DNA from: an uncultured bacterium
GTDB lineage: Bacteria; Armatimonadota; UBA5829; DTLH01
Assembly: GCA_964497515.1 (NCBI GenBank)
Contig: CAZCCV010000009.1
Span: 643 to 64,642 of the forward strand
Direction: 5' to 3'
Length of the DNA: 64,000 nt
Shown here: in pieces, positions 7,400 through 20,003 of the stretch
Numbering within the stretch: position 1 is the stretch's first letter
How the letters are laid out: each line of letters opens with the position of its first letter
Notes under the pieces: model-generated
The model's input: only the letters and a program-made list of their open reading frames with translations
What the model was told of the DNA's origin: nothing
Database searches by the model: none
Made by a program: the position numbers and the translations under genes

Positions 7400-10300
7400 A
7401 TGTGTTGGTCGGCAGTCTGTGCTGCCGATAATACTATGGATGATTCAGGGTTTTGGCGTCCCCCACTCTTTTGCGCCAAAGCCCTTTTGGCGCTGTACGG
7501 ATATATGGCACTTTCAGACTTGCTGCAACTAAATAGCGATCTTCCGCAGTTTCGGAGTATAGTCGACGCTCTTGAGCAGTCAAAAGCAAGCGTGCACCTC
7601 GACGGGCTTTCGAATTCCGCAAAAGGATTTGTCCTCGGGGCACTATCTAAAGAACTCGCGCACCCGATGTTCATTCTCACCTACTCCAGCGAGCAGGCAG
7701 AGCGGCTTGCTGATGATTTTGCACAGTTTGGCATTGATGACTCCGAGCTCTATGTGCTTCCTTCGTCGGATGCGTTGATCTTTGAAGAAGGCGCACCGGA
7801 TTATGGGGCGATCGGGCACCGGCTGGCTGCAATGGACGCTATATCGAGTGGACGCCAAGTTATCGTAGTTGCTCCGATAAATGGCGCTCTCAGGCGAACT
7901 ATGCCGCGACAGATGCTGCACGATTACCGCCTAGAAGCGAGCGTCGGAGAGACTCTTGTAGTAGAAGACTTCGTGAGCCGGTTAGTCGATCTCGGCTACG
8001 AACGTGTTGATGTGTGCGAGAGCCACGGCGAGTTCAGTGTGCGCGGCGGAATAATCGACCTATATCCATCGAACGAGGTTGAACCACTCAGAATTGAGCT
8101 TTTCGGAGATGACATAGAGAGCATTCGGGCGTTCGATCCAACATCACAGCGTTCTACAGACCGCCGCAAAAGAATCCTTGCTCTGCCTGCAAGAGAGGTC
8201 GTGCTGACTGCAGCAAACGCAGATTCGGCAGCCGAGTCGATACACGCAGAGATGCAGGAGCAGATCCGCAAGTTTGAAGAAGCGGATCAGTCGGAAGAGG
8301 CGGCGCGATTGGAAGCCAAGGTAGAAGATGATATCTCCAGACTGACCAACCTTGCATACTTCGATGGAATCGAAGGCTACCTGCCTTATATTTATCCTGA
8401 AGAATACTCAATACTCGACTATCTTACGCCATCGGCTATCGTAGTATTTGACGAGCCACATCAGACTGCATCTCAGTGGGAGCAGCACGAGCAAGAGATG
8501 TTGGAAGCTCTGATAAATCGTGCCGGACGTGGGCTTCTACTGGCGTCTACAAAGAGTCAGCACGTATCAGTCGACTCTGCACTGGCAAAGCTTTCGAAAT
8601 CCTGGCCGGGACTAATTCTTACGGTTCTAGATAGACCGCTACCATACGGATTGAAGGGCACAAGGCTGCACGTTGAGTCATCACCCGTTGAAACATTCGC
8701 TGGCAAAATCGATCTCTTCGTAGACCAACTGAAAACATGGAGTGCAAACAAACTGCGCGCTGTTATAGCCACTAATCAGCACGACCGAACTGTGGAATTG
8801 CTCGGCGAACACGGCATTCCGATACGGCCTAACGAGGAGCTGACAGCCAATGCGCCATCGGGCGTATATCTGATTGCATCGCAGATGCGCTCTGGATTCA
8901 AACTGCCAGAAGCAAATCTGGTTGTAGTCTCAGATTCCGAAGTCTTTGGCATTACGCGCACTCGTCGTCCAAGAAAGACCGCCAAAGAAGGTGTGCCAAT
9001 ATCAACAATCCTCGACCTCAAAGAAGGGGATTACATAGTGCACATCTCGCACGGAATCGGTGTATACCGCGGTATCGAGCAGCTTACAGTAGAAAACGTG
9101 TCGCGGGAGTATTTGCTGCTGGAATACGCGGGTGAAGACAAACTCTATGTGCCAACCGAACAGATAGACAGAGTGCAGAAGTACATAGGTGGCGAAGGAA
9201 ACACTCCGCTGGTTCACAGGCTCGGAGGCAGTGAGTGGGTTAGAGCCACAAAGCGTGTGAAGCAGGCAGTAAGAGAGATGGCTAAGGAGCTGATTGAGCT
9301 GTATGCCTGGCGTCAGGCGCTCGGCGGTTACTCGTTCAGCCCGGATACGCCTTGGCAGCAGGAGATGGAATCGGCATTTCCTTACGAAGAGACAGCCGAC
9401 CAGATTGAGGCCATTAACGATGTGAAGCGCAATCTCGAAGAGCCCAAACCGATGGATCGACTGATATGTGGTGACGTTGGCTACGGTAAGACCGAAGTTG
9501 CCGTAAGAGCCGCTTTCAAGGTAGTAAACGATGGCAAGCAGGTCGCTGTTTTGGCTCCCACAACGGTGCTGGCACAGCAGCACTGGAACACGTTCAAAGA
9601 GCGCCTGGGCGCGTTTCCGATAGGCATAGAGATGCTCTCTCGGTTCCGCACGCGCAAGGAGTCAAAAGCGGTAGTAGAGGGCTTGGAGCTCGGCACAGTT
9701 GATATTGTTATCGGCACGCACAGACTCTTCTCGAAGGACGTCAAGTTCAAGGATCTTGGACTATTGATAGTCGACGAAGAACAGCGCTTCGGCGTCAGCC
9801 ACAAAGAGCGTCTGAAGCAGTTGAAGAAGAACGTAGATGCACTCACCCTTACAGCAACGCCGATTCCAAGGACTCTGCATATGTCGCTTGCCGGCATACG
9901 CGATATGAGCGTGATTAACGATCCACCAGAGGGCAGAACACCGATTAAGACGTTTGTGCGCGAATATGACGACGAAGTAGTCCGCGAAGCGATAATCCGC
10001 GAGATTGACCGTGGTGGACAAGTATTCTTTGTACACAACAGAGTGGAAAACATCGAACACGTTGCAGAACATATCGCAAAGCTGGTGCCGTATGCGCGCG
10101 TCGATATAGGCCACGGTCAAATGGATGAAGACGATCTGGAACGGGTTATGCTCGATTTCTACGACCGGAAGTACGATGTGTTAGTCTGCACGACGATAGT
10201 CGAAAGCGGGTTGGACATTCCAAACGTCAATACAATTGTAGTGAACAACGCAGATAAAATGGGGCTCGCGCAGCTTTATCAGCTCCGAGGGAGAGTTGGC

Positions 10301-11029
10301 CGGTCAAATAAGCAGGCATACGCCTATTTGATGTACAAAGCCGACAAGTCTCTTACCGAAGTCGCGGAGAAACGACTCGAAGCGATTCGTGAGTTCACCG
10401 ATCTGGGTTCTGGCTTCAGAATCGCGCTTAGAGATTTGGAAATCCGGGGTGCGGGGAATCTATTAGGAGCTGAACAACACGGCCAGATAGCTCAAGTAGG
10501 TTTCGACCTTTACTGCCAACTGCTATCGCAGGCGGTTTCGGAGTTGAAGGGAGAGGAAGTTCAGGAGGTTCAGCTTCCACAAGTGGATCTGCCAATCGAC
10601 GCCTACATCCCTCAAGACTATATGACCGCTGAAGCGCAGAGAATATTCTTTTACAAGAAGATGGCAGCGGCGAAGACTGAAAAGGAAGTCCGTCAGATCC
10701 AGGACGAACTGGACGACCGTTTTGGCGACCCACCCAAGCAAGTATGGAATATGCTTTCGATACTGCGTATGAGAATCAGAGCGGCTGAGGTTGGTATTTC
10801 GTCGATATCTACCGACAAGCGGCAGATAATCATTCGATTTGCCCCAGGATTCAGGTTGATTCAGGAAGTGCAGCGCGAGCTTCAGCGCACACATAAGCGT
10901 CACTGGTTCCAGGGCGATAGAGTCGCGATCAACCCGGACACGCCGAGAATTGTCAATCTGGTGGAAGATATGATTGAGATTGTGGCAAAGGGGCTTAAAA
11001 CCAGTGCGAAGAAAATGCAGGTAGCTTAA
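7400..11029 (+). CDS. mfd: transcription-repair coupling factor
   Basis: UvrB-homology N-terminus, CarD-like RID (GDYIVHISHGIG), helicase motifs GDVGYGKTEVA and DEEQRFG, and a TRG/C-terminal domain. The start is uncertain; ATG 7505 (MALSDLLQL) is a plausible alternative. Confidence 0.93.
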   Translation: MCWSAVCAADNTMDDSGFWRPPLFCAKALLALYGYMALSDLLQLNSDLPQFRSIVDALEQSKASVHLDGLSNSAKGFVLGALSKELAHPMFILTYSSEQAERLADDFAQFGIDDSELYVLPSSDALIFEEGAPDYGAIGHRLAAMDAISSGRQVIVVAPINGALRRTMPRQMLHDYRLEASVGETLVVEDFVSRLVDLGYERVDVCESHGEFSVRGGIIDLYPSNEVEPLRIELFGDDIESIRAFDPTSQRSTDRRKRILALPAREVVLTAANADSAAESIHAEMQEQIRKFEEADQSEEAARLEAKVEDDISRLTNLAYFDGIEGYLPYIYPEEYSILDYLTPSAIVVFDEPHQTASQWEQHEQEMLEALINRAGRGLLLASTKSQHVSVDSALAKLSKSWPGLILTVLDRPLPYGLKGTRLHVESSPVETFAGKIDLFVDQLKTWSANKLRAVIATNQHDRTVELLGEHGIPIRPNEELTANAPSGVYLIASQMRSGFKLPEANLVVVSDSEVFGITRTRRPRKTAKEGVPISTILDLKEGDYIVHISHGIGVYRGIEQLTVENVSREYLLLEYAGEDKLYVPTEQIDRVQKYIGGEGNTPLVHRLGGSEWVRATKRVKQAVREMAKELIELYAWRQALGGYSFSPDTPWQQEMESAFPYEETADQIEAINDVKRNLEEPKPMDRLICGDVGYGKTEVAVRAAFKVVNDGKQVAVLAPTTVLAQQHWNTFKERLGAFPIGIEMLSRFRTRKESKAVVEGLELGTVDIVIGTHRLFSKDVKFKDLGLLIVDEEQRFGVSHKERLKQLKKNVDALTLTATPIPRTLHMSLAGIRDMSVINDPPEGRTPIKTFVREYDDEVVREAIIREIDRGGQVFFVHNRVENIEHVAEHIAKLVPYARVDIGHGQMDEDDLERVMLDFYDRKYDVLVCTTIVESGLDIPNVNTIVVNNADKMGLAQLYQLRGRVGRSNKQAYAYLMYKADKSLTEVAEKRLEAIREFTDLGSGFRIALRDLEIRGAGNLLGAEQHGQIAQVGFDLYCQLLSQAVSELKGEEVQEVQLPQVDLPIDAYIPQDYMTAEAQRIFFYKKMAAAKTEKEVRQIQDELDDRFGDPPKQVWNMLSILRMRIRAAEVGISSISTDKRQIIIRFAPGFRLIQEVQRELQRTHKRHWFQGDRVAINPDTPRIVNLVEDMIEIVAKGLKTSAKKMQVA

Positions 11030-11084
11030 CACGTTGAACCCTTAAGGGATCAAACTCAGCTCATAATTGGTGTTAAATGATCAG

Positions 11085-11116
11085 ATGCCTCAGCGAGTTC
11101 GCACTCGCTGAGGCAT
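11085..11116. terminator. perfect 13-bp stem-loop between convergent mfd and nuoCD
   Basis: atgcctcagcgag-ttcgca-ctcgctgaggcat. The U-tracts on both sides are weak. Confidence 0.5.
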
Positions 11117-11149
11117 TGTCACACATATACTATCTGATTGGCCGTCGAC

Positions 11150-12808
11150 CTATCGATCGATTTCCCCCAAAACAATATCGAGCGTGCCGAGAGTTGCAAC
11201 TACGTCAGCGACCTTCCAACCACGAACCATCTGCGGCAGTGCCTGTAGTGTAATAAACGAAGGCGACCTCCACTTCAGTCGGTAAGGCTTAGACCCTCCG
11301 TCGCTTACAATGTAGACTCCTAAGTCACCTCTTGAGGATTCGATGTGGTGATAAATCTCCCCGGCAGGAACCTTAAACACTGGTGGAAGCTTATAGGTGA
11401 GTTTTCCTTCTGGCAGGCCATCGATTGCTTGCTCTATGATCTTCAGGCTCTCTCTTATTTCCTTAAGTCTTACGTGATAGCGCGCCAGATTGTCGCATTC
11501 CGGACGCACAGCAACTTCGAAATCGAAGCGATCGTAAATGGAGTATGGATCTGAGCGGCGGACATCGTAGTCCACTCCAGAGCCTCTTAGCGTCGGCCCA
11601 TTGACTCCGTAGTTCACGGCATCCGAGGCAGAGATTGGCGAGACGTCGCGCATCCGCAGGATAAATATCTCGTTATAACTGAGCAGATTGTCGTACTCTG
11701 GCAGCATATCACGCTGCTGCTTGATATATTCGCGACATTTCTCGATGAAACCGTCTGGAAGATCCCGGCTCACGCCACCCGGACGGAAGTAGTTATAGGT
11801 GAGCCTAGCACCGCAGAGCATTTCGAAGAGATCGATAATAAGTTCTCGTTCGCGGAATGCGTAAATGAACGGCGTAGTAGCGCCGAGATCGAGTCCCATC
11901 GAGCCAAAGAAGATCAAGTGGCTTGCAATCCGCTGAAGCTCCATAACGATGACCCGAATATACTCAGCGCGCTCGGAGACTTCAATGCCGGCCAGTTTCT
12001 CTATAGCCTGCACATAGACCGCATTGTTCATCATCGAAGATATGTAATCGAAGCGATCCGTAAGCGGAATGAACTGTAACCACGTACGCATTTCAGCGAG
12101 CTTTTCCATTCCGCGATGCAGATATCCAACATCGGGAATGCAGTCGACTACAGTCTCGCCATTGAGCACCAATTCCAGTCGAAGGACACCGTGAGTGCTG
12201 GGGTGCTGTGGCCCCATGCTTATCTGTATCTCCTGCGTGCGCAGCCTGCCAGCTTCATCACATATCAGAGTGCCATCCGGAGCTCTGTAGCAGACTGGCC
12301 CGGGTGGAGCAGGTTCGTCACTCTCTCCAAGCACCGACCAGTCCTCCGGAAGCCAATGCATATCATCCTCGGGGATGACATAATCCTTCCGCAACGGGTG
12401 ACCCTCCCACCCATCAGGAAGGAGAATGCGCCGCAAGTCTGGGTGATCCGTAAACTGCACTCCCAGCAGGTCGAAAATCTCCCGCTCCTGCCAGTCTGCG
12501 CCTTTCCACACCGAAAAGAGCGAGCAAATCTCAGGTGTTTCTCTGTTCAGATCGGTTTTCAAGACGACTTCTCGTCCGTTTTTGAGCGAGGAAAGGTGAT
12601 AGAGGAGCTCGATTCGATCTTGATAATCCACACCTGTAATGCTTGCGGGGTAATCGATCTGGTATTCGGGGTTATCCTTCAGGAACAGGCATATTTCGAG
12701 CAGTGACTCCGGCTTGATCTTGAGCGTAAGAACACTCTCTGCCGAATCGGTACTGATAACAGCATCTGCAAACTGTTCGCCGATTGCGGCCACTGTAGTA
12801 TCACTCAT
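11150..12808 (-). CDS. nuoCD: NADH-quinone oxidoreductase fused subunit C/D
   Basis: The N-terminal ~150 aa are NuoC-like ([14 protein letters not shown]). The rest is NuoD ([21 protein letters not shown]). The start overlaps the nuoB stop. Confidence 0.93.
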   Translation of the reverse strand: MSDTTVAAIGEQFADAVISTDSAESVLTLKIKPESLLEICLFLKDNPEYQIDYPASITGVDYQDRIELLYHLSSLKNGREVVLKTDLNRETPEICSLFSVWKGADWQEREIFDLLGVQFTDHPDLRRILLPDGWEGHPLRKDYVIPEDDMHWLPEDWSVLGESDEPAPPGPVCYRAPDGTLICDEAGRLRTQEIQISMGPQHPSTHGVLRLELVLNGETVVDCIPDVGYLHRGMEKLAEMRTWLQFIPLTDRFDYISSMMNNAVYVQAIEKLAGIEVSERAEYIRVIVMELQRIASHLIFFGSMGLDLGATTPFIYAFRERELIIDLFEMLCGARLTYNYFRPGGVSRDLPDGFIEKCREYIKQQRDMLPEYDNLLSYNEIFILRMRDVSPISASDAVNYGVNGPTLRGSGVDYDVRRSDPYSIYDRFDFEVAVRPECDNLARYHVRLKEIRESLKIIEQAIDGLPEGKLTYKLPPVFKVPAGEIYHHIESSRGDLGVYIVSDGGSKPYRLKWRSPSFITLQALPQMVRGWKVADVVATLGTLDIVLGEIDR

Positions 12809-13386
12809 TTGTCGGCCTCCTCAGCTTGTTTTTCCGGTTTACCAAGGATTTTGGCGCCCTTCATTCGCAGCTTCTTTTCGCGAGCCTCAGCTTTAATCTT
12901 CTCGTGAACCGTAAGACAACCGTGAAGAAGAGCCTCCGGTCTCGGAGGGCATCCGGGGATATAAACGTCGACCGGAACAATCAGATCGACACCCCTTACA
13001 ACGGCGTAAGAATCGCGGAACGGGCCGCCAGCGTTCGCGCAACTGCCCATTGCGATAACGTATCTGGGTTCAGCCATCTGCTCCCAAAGCCTGCGCACCC
13101 TCCACGCCATCTTTTTTGTAACCGTTCCGGCAACTATCATCAAATCGGCCTGACGGGGGCTGGAACGAAACATCATTCCAAACCTGTCGAAATCGTAACG
13201 GGCAGCGCCTGTTGCCATAAGCTCAATGGCACAGCAGGCGAGGCCGAACAGCATATACCAGAGCGACCCTTCACGAGCCCATCCGAGCACGTTTTCAACT
13301 GGCCCAACAACCAGACCGCCACCCGGAATCCTCTCAAAAAGCACATCTGTATGGCGCTCTATAGGGTCAACTCGCTCGATATCCAT
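12805..13386 (-). CDS. nuoB: NADH-quinone oxidoreductase subunit B
   Basis: N2 cluster ligands [15 protein letters not shown] and [11 protein letters not shown]. There is a Lys-rich C-terminal extension. Confidence 0.93.
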   Translation of the reverse strand: MDIERVDPIERHTDVLFERIPGGGLVVGPVENVLGWAREGSLWYMLFGLACCAIELMATGAARYDFDRFGMMFRSSPRQADLMIVAGTVTKKMAWRVRRLWEQMAEPRYVIAMGSCANAGGPFRDSYAVVRGVDLIVPVDVYIPGCPPRPEALLHGCLTVHEKIKAEAREKKLRMKGAKILGKPEKQAEEADK

Positions 13387-13419
13387 TGTGTATTTCTCCT
13401 GAAAGGAACCTGGGAAGTG

Positions 13420-13791
13420 TTACTCCCACTTGAGGACGCCTTTTTTCCAGGCGTATATAAGACCAGTTGCGAGGACGCCGATGAAGATGAACATATCGAC
13501 AATCGCAAAAATTGCCAGCGGCGTGCCCTTAAGACTGGAAAGCGCAAGCGCCCACGGCAGAACAAAGACCACTTCCACGTCGAAGATGACAAAGACCAGC
13601 ATATAAATGTAGTATCCCGGGCGGAGCTGCACCCAAGCGCTTCCCTTGGGGCGCTCACCACATTCGTAAGTGGAAGTTTTTTGTCCTACTGGATTAGATG
13701 GCCTGACCAGCCACGAAACGAACAGGGTCACAACAACGAAGCCAATGCCAACCGCGATGAACATCGCTACCCACAGATAATCAGTGGCCAT
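13420..13791 (-). CDS. nuoA: NADH-quinone oxidoreductase subunit A
   Basis: 123-aa protein with three TM helices and the YECGE motif, located upstream of nuoB. Confidence 0.88.
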   Translation of the reverse strand: MATDYLWVAMFIAVGIGFVVVTLFVSWLVRPSNPVGQKTSTYECGERPKGSAWVQLRPGYYIYMLVFVIFDVEVVFVLPWALALSSLKGTPLAIFAIVDMFIFIGVLATGLIYAWKKGVLKWE

Positions 13792-13991
13792 AGACTCTCA
13801 CTCTCGGTGTAGTCGATAATGCGCAACGCGGAAAGCCAAAAAGCAAGCCGGCCGCGCCTTAGCTATTGTATGGCATAACAGGGGTCGTGTGCAACTCCCG
13901 AGAGGAGCAGACACATTTGATGAGGCAACCGATTGGCTGAGAGCCACAGCAGATATATGTAACATAGCACCTGGTAATTATACCAGGCACG

Positions 13992-15455
13992 TCACTCGTA
14001 CTTTTCGATGTCAGCCCTAAGCGATCCAAAGACTGGAGCCATCTCGAACATATTAGTGGCATCTCCCTCGGTGAGCTTAATATGAGTGGCATCCACAAAC
14101 GATTTGTTCTGTGTGGGGTCAAACGCAACCCATTCGCCGACGAAGCTCTCAGCCCAAGCGTGGTAGTAGAAGCTGCCGTTCATATATACAAGCCCGGCTA
14201 CGATTCGAGTGGGTATGCCTGCTGCACGTGCAAGAGATGCGTACAGTATTGCATAGTCACGGCAGACGCCGGCCTTGTTTTTGAGAACATCCACCGCAGG
14301 ACGAGCAATGCCAATATCTGTCCGCGGCTTCATATTTCCATAAACCCACGACTGGATCTTTGACGCTGCTTTAAATGCCGATTTCTCTTGCCCCACTATC
14401 TGCTTTGCTTTTCCTCTTATTTCCCAGGCATCACTCTGTAGATATGTAGTAGCTTTCAGATACTCAGCAACCGCATCATCAGTAACAGGGAGTTTTGCAG
14501 ACTTAGATCCATCGAACTTACGGGCAGTTATGACGAATTCTGCAGAACGTTCGTCGCCTTTCGGCTCGAGCCATTTTGCCGTCTGGCGGTGATCGCTAAT
14601 CGCCATTCGCGGTTCGATCTTACCCGAGAGTTTCACCTTCAGCTTTTTGATAGATCTCGGGTTTGGTAAATCGATGTTTGCACGCACACCTGTCGCTACC
14701 ACGAAGTCGTCTGGAGGAGTATAGTTCTCGTCAATGCCATTTACTGCATCCTGTGCAGATTCGATCAGCATTGTCAGCCCCATATTGGCTACTGATTTGA
14801 TAATCGTTCCATCGGCAGTCTGCCAGGTAGTGACTCCACCCATACTGCCTGTAGAGCTTTTGACAGCGTATGTATTGTAGGTTTTTCCACCGACTTCCAC
14901 CTTCTCCTTGTGTAGAACCTCTGAGGTAGCAGTATCGATTGTGAGAGTCATTGGGTTGAAATAGCGTGTGGAAGTCTTCCGACCGATCTGAGGTTCTCCC
15001 GAACCTACAGCATACATCGAATCGCTTACGAGACTAACCCCCTCGGGTATCTCTACAGTCTTCTCAGATTCCCCATTTGCAGTGACAACCTTGCATTTGA
15101 TCTCACGATCGAAGTATCTGGCCTCAATCCGAGTTCGCTCACCACCTGAGGCCATATCGTAAGACTGAAAAACAGGGGTCATTTGTTGGTCTGTATATGT
15201 AGACGTGCTTATGTCCTGCTGCACTGTGGAACCGAGAAGAACCATCTTGGTTCTGATGAAACTGGTAATCTTATAGCCAGGTTTGTCCTCAAAAACCGTC
15301 GCCTCAGTCGTAATACGCATATAGCCCATCTTCTGCCCTGCCATATATACACCGAGCCACTGTTCTGAAATAGGATCAGCGGCTTGAGAAAGCAGCGGGA
15401 GAGAAACCAGGTAGAGTACGGCAGCGAACAACGGGGAAAAACTAATCTTCTTCAA
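13992..15455 (-). CDS. exported transglutaminase-like domain protein
   Basis: The C-terminal core is CRDYAILYASLARAAGIPTRIV...HAWAE...FDP (Cys-His-Asp). Start revised to TTG 15455, which has an AAGGAG Shine-Dalgarno 6 nt upstream and gives the signal peptide MKKISFSPLFAAVLYLVSLPLLSQA. The track start is 15581. Confidence 0.8.
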   Translation of the reverse strand: MKKISFSPLFAAVLYLVSLPLLSQAADPISEQWLGVYMAGQKMGYMRITTEATVFEDKPGYKITSFIRTKMVLLGSTVQQDISTSTYTDQQMTPVFQSYDMASGGERTRIEARYFDREIKCKVVTANGESEKTVEIPEGVSLVSDSMYAVGSGEPQIGRKTSTRYFNPMTLTIDTATSEVLHKEKVEVGGKTYNTYAVKSSTGSMGGVTTWQTADGTIIKSVANMGLTMLIESAQDAVNGIDENYTPPDDFVVATGVRANIDLPNPRSIKKLKVKLSGKIEPRMAISDHRQTAKWLEPKGDERSAEFVITARKFDGSKSAKLPVTDDAVAEYLKATTYLQSDAWEIRGKAKQIVGQEKSAFKAASKIQSWVYGNMKPRTDIGIARPAVDVLKNKAGVCRDYAILYASLARAAGIPTRIVAGLVYMNGSFYYHAWAESFVGEWVAFDPTQNKSFVDATHIKLTEGDATNMFEMAPVFGSLRADIEKYE

Positions 15456-15602
15456 TCGGGACTCCTTCAGAGAAAATGGTCTGAAGTATATATACCACAA
15501 AACCCACAAGTATACTGACGGTTGGCCAAACCAACCGATAAACAAAGAGCTCAAAAGGATTTTCCCCTTCGAGCCCTCCAATTGACGGTTAAAACCAGCA
15601 GT

Positions 15603-16016
15603 TTAGCGTCCTTCGCCCACCCTGATTCTGTTGATAGCTCGCTTTAGAGCTACTTCGGCGCGGGTAAAGTCTACACCCTCCTCGGCGTGCGCAAGCCATT
15701 CCTTGGCACGATGTTCGGCCTCTCTGGCACGGTCGATATCGATGTCTTCAGCCTTCTCCGCTGCATCCGATAGCGCAGTTACCCGGTTCTCCGAGACTTC
15801 CATAAACCCCTGAGTTGTAGCAATGCGAGTCTCTGAGCCATCAGCGCGCCTTACACGCATTTCTCCGATAATCAGTTCGGTTATCATCGGAGCGTGATTC
15901 GCCATTATGCCAAGATACCCCTCGGCGCCGGGTGCAACAAGCGACACCACCTGATCATCCGAAATAAGCACCTTATCTGGCGTTACAATCTCAAGAGTGA
16001 ATGTCTTTTCGGCCAT
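15603..16016 (-). CDS. atpC: F1 ATP synthase subunit epsilon
   Basis: The size, its position after atpD, and the N-terminal beta-sandwich plus helical hairpin sequence all fit epsilon. Confidence 0.9.
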   Translation of the reverse strand: MAEKTFTLEIVTPDKVLISDDQVVSLVAPGAEGYLGIMANHAPMITELIIGEMRVRRADGSETRIATTQGFMEVSENRVTALSDAAEKAEDIDIDRAREAEHRAKEWLAHAEEGVDFTRAEVALKRAINRIRVGEGR

Positions 16017-16018
16017 AG

Positions 16019-17425
<1,407 letters not shown>

Positions 17426-17574
17426 TCAACCGACAGCCAACTTCCATTGGCTTTCAGTCTGCGAATGATGGGGCTTTTCAAGACTGACACATTCGCCCTT
17501 TTCGCACAACTGATCTTATTCAAAACGATACAAAATATTAAAACAATCTGTGGTGGCTTAGCAGGGCTATCGTC

Positions 17575-18432
17575 TTATGCCAGTGCCTCTGCACCACCAA
17601 CAATCTCCAAAAGTTCCGTCGTAATCATCTCCTGACGCGCCTTATTGTATGACAGCGTCAGGTTGTCGATGACTTCGCCAGCGTTCGATGTAGCAGCAGT
17701 CATTGCAGTCATACGCGCGCCGTGTTCACTCGCTACAGCTTCGACAGCAGCCCTGAAAACCTGCGTATCCACAAAACTCGGCAGCAGTCTTGCAAACAGG
17801 CGGGTAGCATCCGGCTCGAAAATGTAATCATTCGGAGCCTCGCGATCCTCTCCACCCGGAGCTTCAATCGGCAGTATCTTCAGCGCAGTAGGCCGCTGAA
17901 CAGCAGCATTGATGAACTTGCCGTAAACGAGGTATACCGCGTCCACCTCTTTGGATGCGAACATATCCCGCACCATATTTGCCGCACCCCGAACGTCAGA
18001 AAACTGGATGTTGGAGGCTGGAAGAGACTGGCTCAACACCATCTTGTACGGCTTGCGTCTGAAAGAATTGACCGTCTCCCGGCCAATCACCAACACCTTG
18101 ACAGTAGAAGGGTGACGCCCAGCCAGAAGATCCAACGCAGCTCGCACCATATTGACGTTGTAACTGCCAGCGAGTCCGCGCTCCGCACCGATTATAATGA
18201 CTGCAATGTTCTCTTCGGGTCTGACTTCAAGCAGCGGATGCTCCACCTGAGAAGCTGCACGCGACAGACTCTCAAGCATCAAAAACATCTTGTCTGCATA
18301 CGGTCTGGCCGATTCCGCGCGTTCCTGAGCTCTTCTGAGCCTAGCCGCCGCGACCATCTTCATTGCATTAGTTATCTGCTGTATATTTTTTACGACGCGT
18401 ATACGGCGTCGAATATCTCGCATACTGGCCAT
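17575..18432 (-). CDS. atpG: F1 ATP synthase subunit gamma
   Basis: N-terminal RIRVVKNIQQITNAMKMVAAARL and C-terminal ITTELLEIVGGAEAL. Confidence 0.95.
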   Translation of the reverse strand: MASMRDIRRRIRVVKNIQQITNAMKMVAAARLRRAQERAESARPYADKMFLMLESLSRAASQVEHPLLEVRPEENIAVIIIGAERGLAGSYNVNMVRAALDLLAGRHPSTVKVLVIGRETVNSFRRKPYKMVLSQSLPASNIQFSDVRGAANMVRDMFASKEVDAVYLVYGKFINAAVQRPTALKILPIEAPGGEDREAPNDYIFEPDATRLFARLLPSFVDTQVFRAAVEAVASEHGARMTAMTAATSNAGEVIDNLTLSYNKARQEMITTELLEIVGGAEALA

Positions 18433-18435
18433 TTG

Positions 18436-19956
18436 TTACTGACCTGCCATAAACTCCGCTTTGTAGTCTGCAATCGCGCCCGCCAGAAGTTCGGCGGTTT
18501 CGTCACTGAAATCACCAGTCTTCTCGATGTTGTGGGCTACAACTGCACATTTCTCATCGACGTATGCATAAAGACCTTTTTCGAAGTCTCTGATACGCTC
18601 GTTAGGAATATCATCCAGATAGCCGTTAGTAGCAGCGTAGATGATCATTGTCTGGTTCGCAACCGGCATCGGTGAATACTGCGGCTGTTTAAGTGTCTCA
18701 ACGATCTTCGAACCTCTGTTAAGCTGTGACTGTGTAAACTTGTCGAGATCGGTAGCAAACTGTGCAAACGCCTGAAGCTCCCAATAACGAGCCAAGTCAA
18801 GTTTCAGTTTGCTTGCGACATTCTTCATCGCCTTAGTCTGCGCCTTAGAGCCAACTCGCGAAACCGACAACCCAACGTTAATCGCAGGTCGAATCCCCGA
18901 ATAGAACAGTTCGCTTTCCAGATATATCTGGCCATCGGTGATCGAAATAACATTAGTTGGAATATACGCCGAGACATCTCCCGCCTGAGTCTCGATAATA
19001 GGAAGCGCTGTAAGGCTTCCTGCGCCGAGATCATCGGAGAGTTTCGCCGCACGTTCGAGAAGTCGCGCGTGCAGATAGAATATGTCGCCGGGATATGCTT
19101 CGCGACCCGGAGGACGCCTGAGAAGCAGCGATACCTGCCTGTACGCCTGTGCGTGTTTGGAAAGATCGTCGTAGACCACCAGGGCATGCTTGCCTGTATC
19201 TCGGAACTCTTCACCTATAGCACAACCCGCATACGGTGCAATATATTGAAGGGGAGCCGGATCACTCGCCGAGGCTACAACAATGGTGGTGTATTCCATA
19301 GCACCATTTGCATTCAACACCTCAACTATTCCCGCAACAGTAGAGAGTTTCTGCCCAATTGCTACATATATGCAGTAGACGCCTTTATCCTTTTGGTTAA
19401 GGATGGCATCGATGGCTATTGCTGTTTTGCCTGTCTGTCGGTCACCGATTATGAGCTCTCTCTGCCCTCTCCCGATGGGAATCATAGAGTCAACTGCCTT
19501 AAGCCCTGTTGCGAGGGACTCGTTAACAGTCTGGCGTTCGACCACGCCGGGTGCTTTAGACTCAATATGCCGACGCTTCTCAGCGACAACGGGGCCTTTG
19601 CCGTCAAGCGGGTCACCGAGTGAGTTCACCACTCTTCCCAAGAGTGCATCGCCTACAGGAACGTCGATAATGCGTCCCGTGCGCTTAACTGTATCACCTT
19701 CCTGAATCCCTTCGTCAGGCCCCATTATGATGATACCGACGTTGTCTTCTTCGAGGTTGAGCACCATTCCCATAACACCGTTAGGGAACTCAACCAACTC
19801 GCTTGCCATTACATCCTCAAGGCCGTAGACGCGTGCAATTCCATCGCCCACTTGAAGCACGGTTCCGACACCGACTTCTTTTATCTCTTTTTTGTAAGAG
19901 GCAAGTTGTTTCTCCAGTACGTTCGTTACTTCTTCAGGCTTTATCTTCGCAGCCAT
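18436..19956 (-). CDS. atpA: F1 ATP synthase subunit alpha
   Basis: P-loop GDRQTGKT and high overall conservation. Confidence 0.97.
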   Translation of the reverse strand: MAAKIKPEEVTNVLEKQLASYKKEIKEVGVGTVLQVGDGIARVYGLEDVMASELVEFPNGVMGMVLNLEEDNVGIIIMGPDEGIQEGDTVKRTGRIIDVPVGDALLGRVVNSLGDPLDGKGPVVAEKRRHIESKAPGVVERQTVNESLATGLKAVDSMIPIGRGQRELIIGDRQTGKTAIAIDAILNQKDKGVYCIYVAIGQKLSTVAGIVEVLNANGAMEYTTIVVASASDPAPLQYIAPYAGCAIGEEFRDTGKHALVVYDDLSKHAQAYRQVSLLLRRPPGREAYPGDIFYLHARLLERAAKLSDDLGAGSLTALPIIETQAGDVSAYIPTNVISITDGQIYLESELFYSGIRPAINVGLSVSRVGSKAQTKAMKNVASKLKLDLARYWELQAFAQFATDLDKFTQSQLNRGSKIVETLKQPQYSPMPVANQTMIIYAATNGYLDDIPNERIRDFEKGLYAYVDEKCAVVAHNIEKTGDFSDETAELLAGAIADYKAEFMAGQ

Positions 19957-20003
19957 AGGTTCTCCTCAGTCAAAAGCGCGGTAACAACTGTCTGCCGCAC
20001 TCG

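Noticed and set aside
12826-13812. 328-aa plus-strand ORF
   Set aside because: It lies entirely antisense to the clearly conserved nuoB and nuoA genes. Its translation is low-complexity with no recognisable motifs, which is typical of a shadow ORF.
15456-15581. Long N-terminal extension of the transglutaminase-like ORF, which would place it 21 nt after atpC
   Set aside because: The internal TTG 15455 has an AAGGAG Shine-Dalgarno and yields a textbook signal peptide. The extension is probably non-coding, so I do not claim tight coupling to the atp operon.
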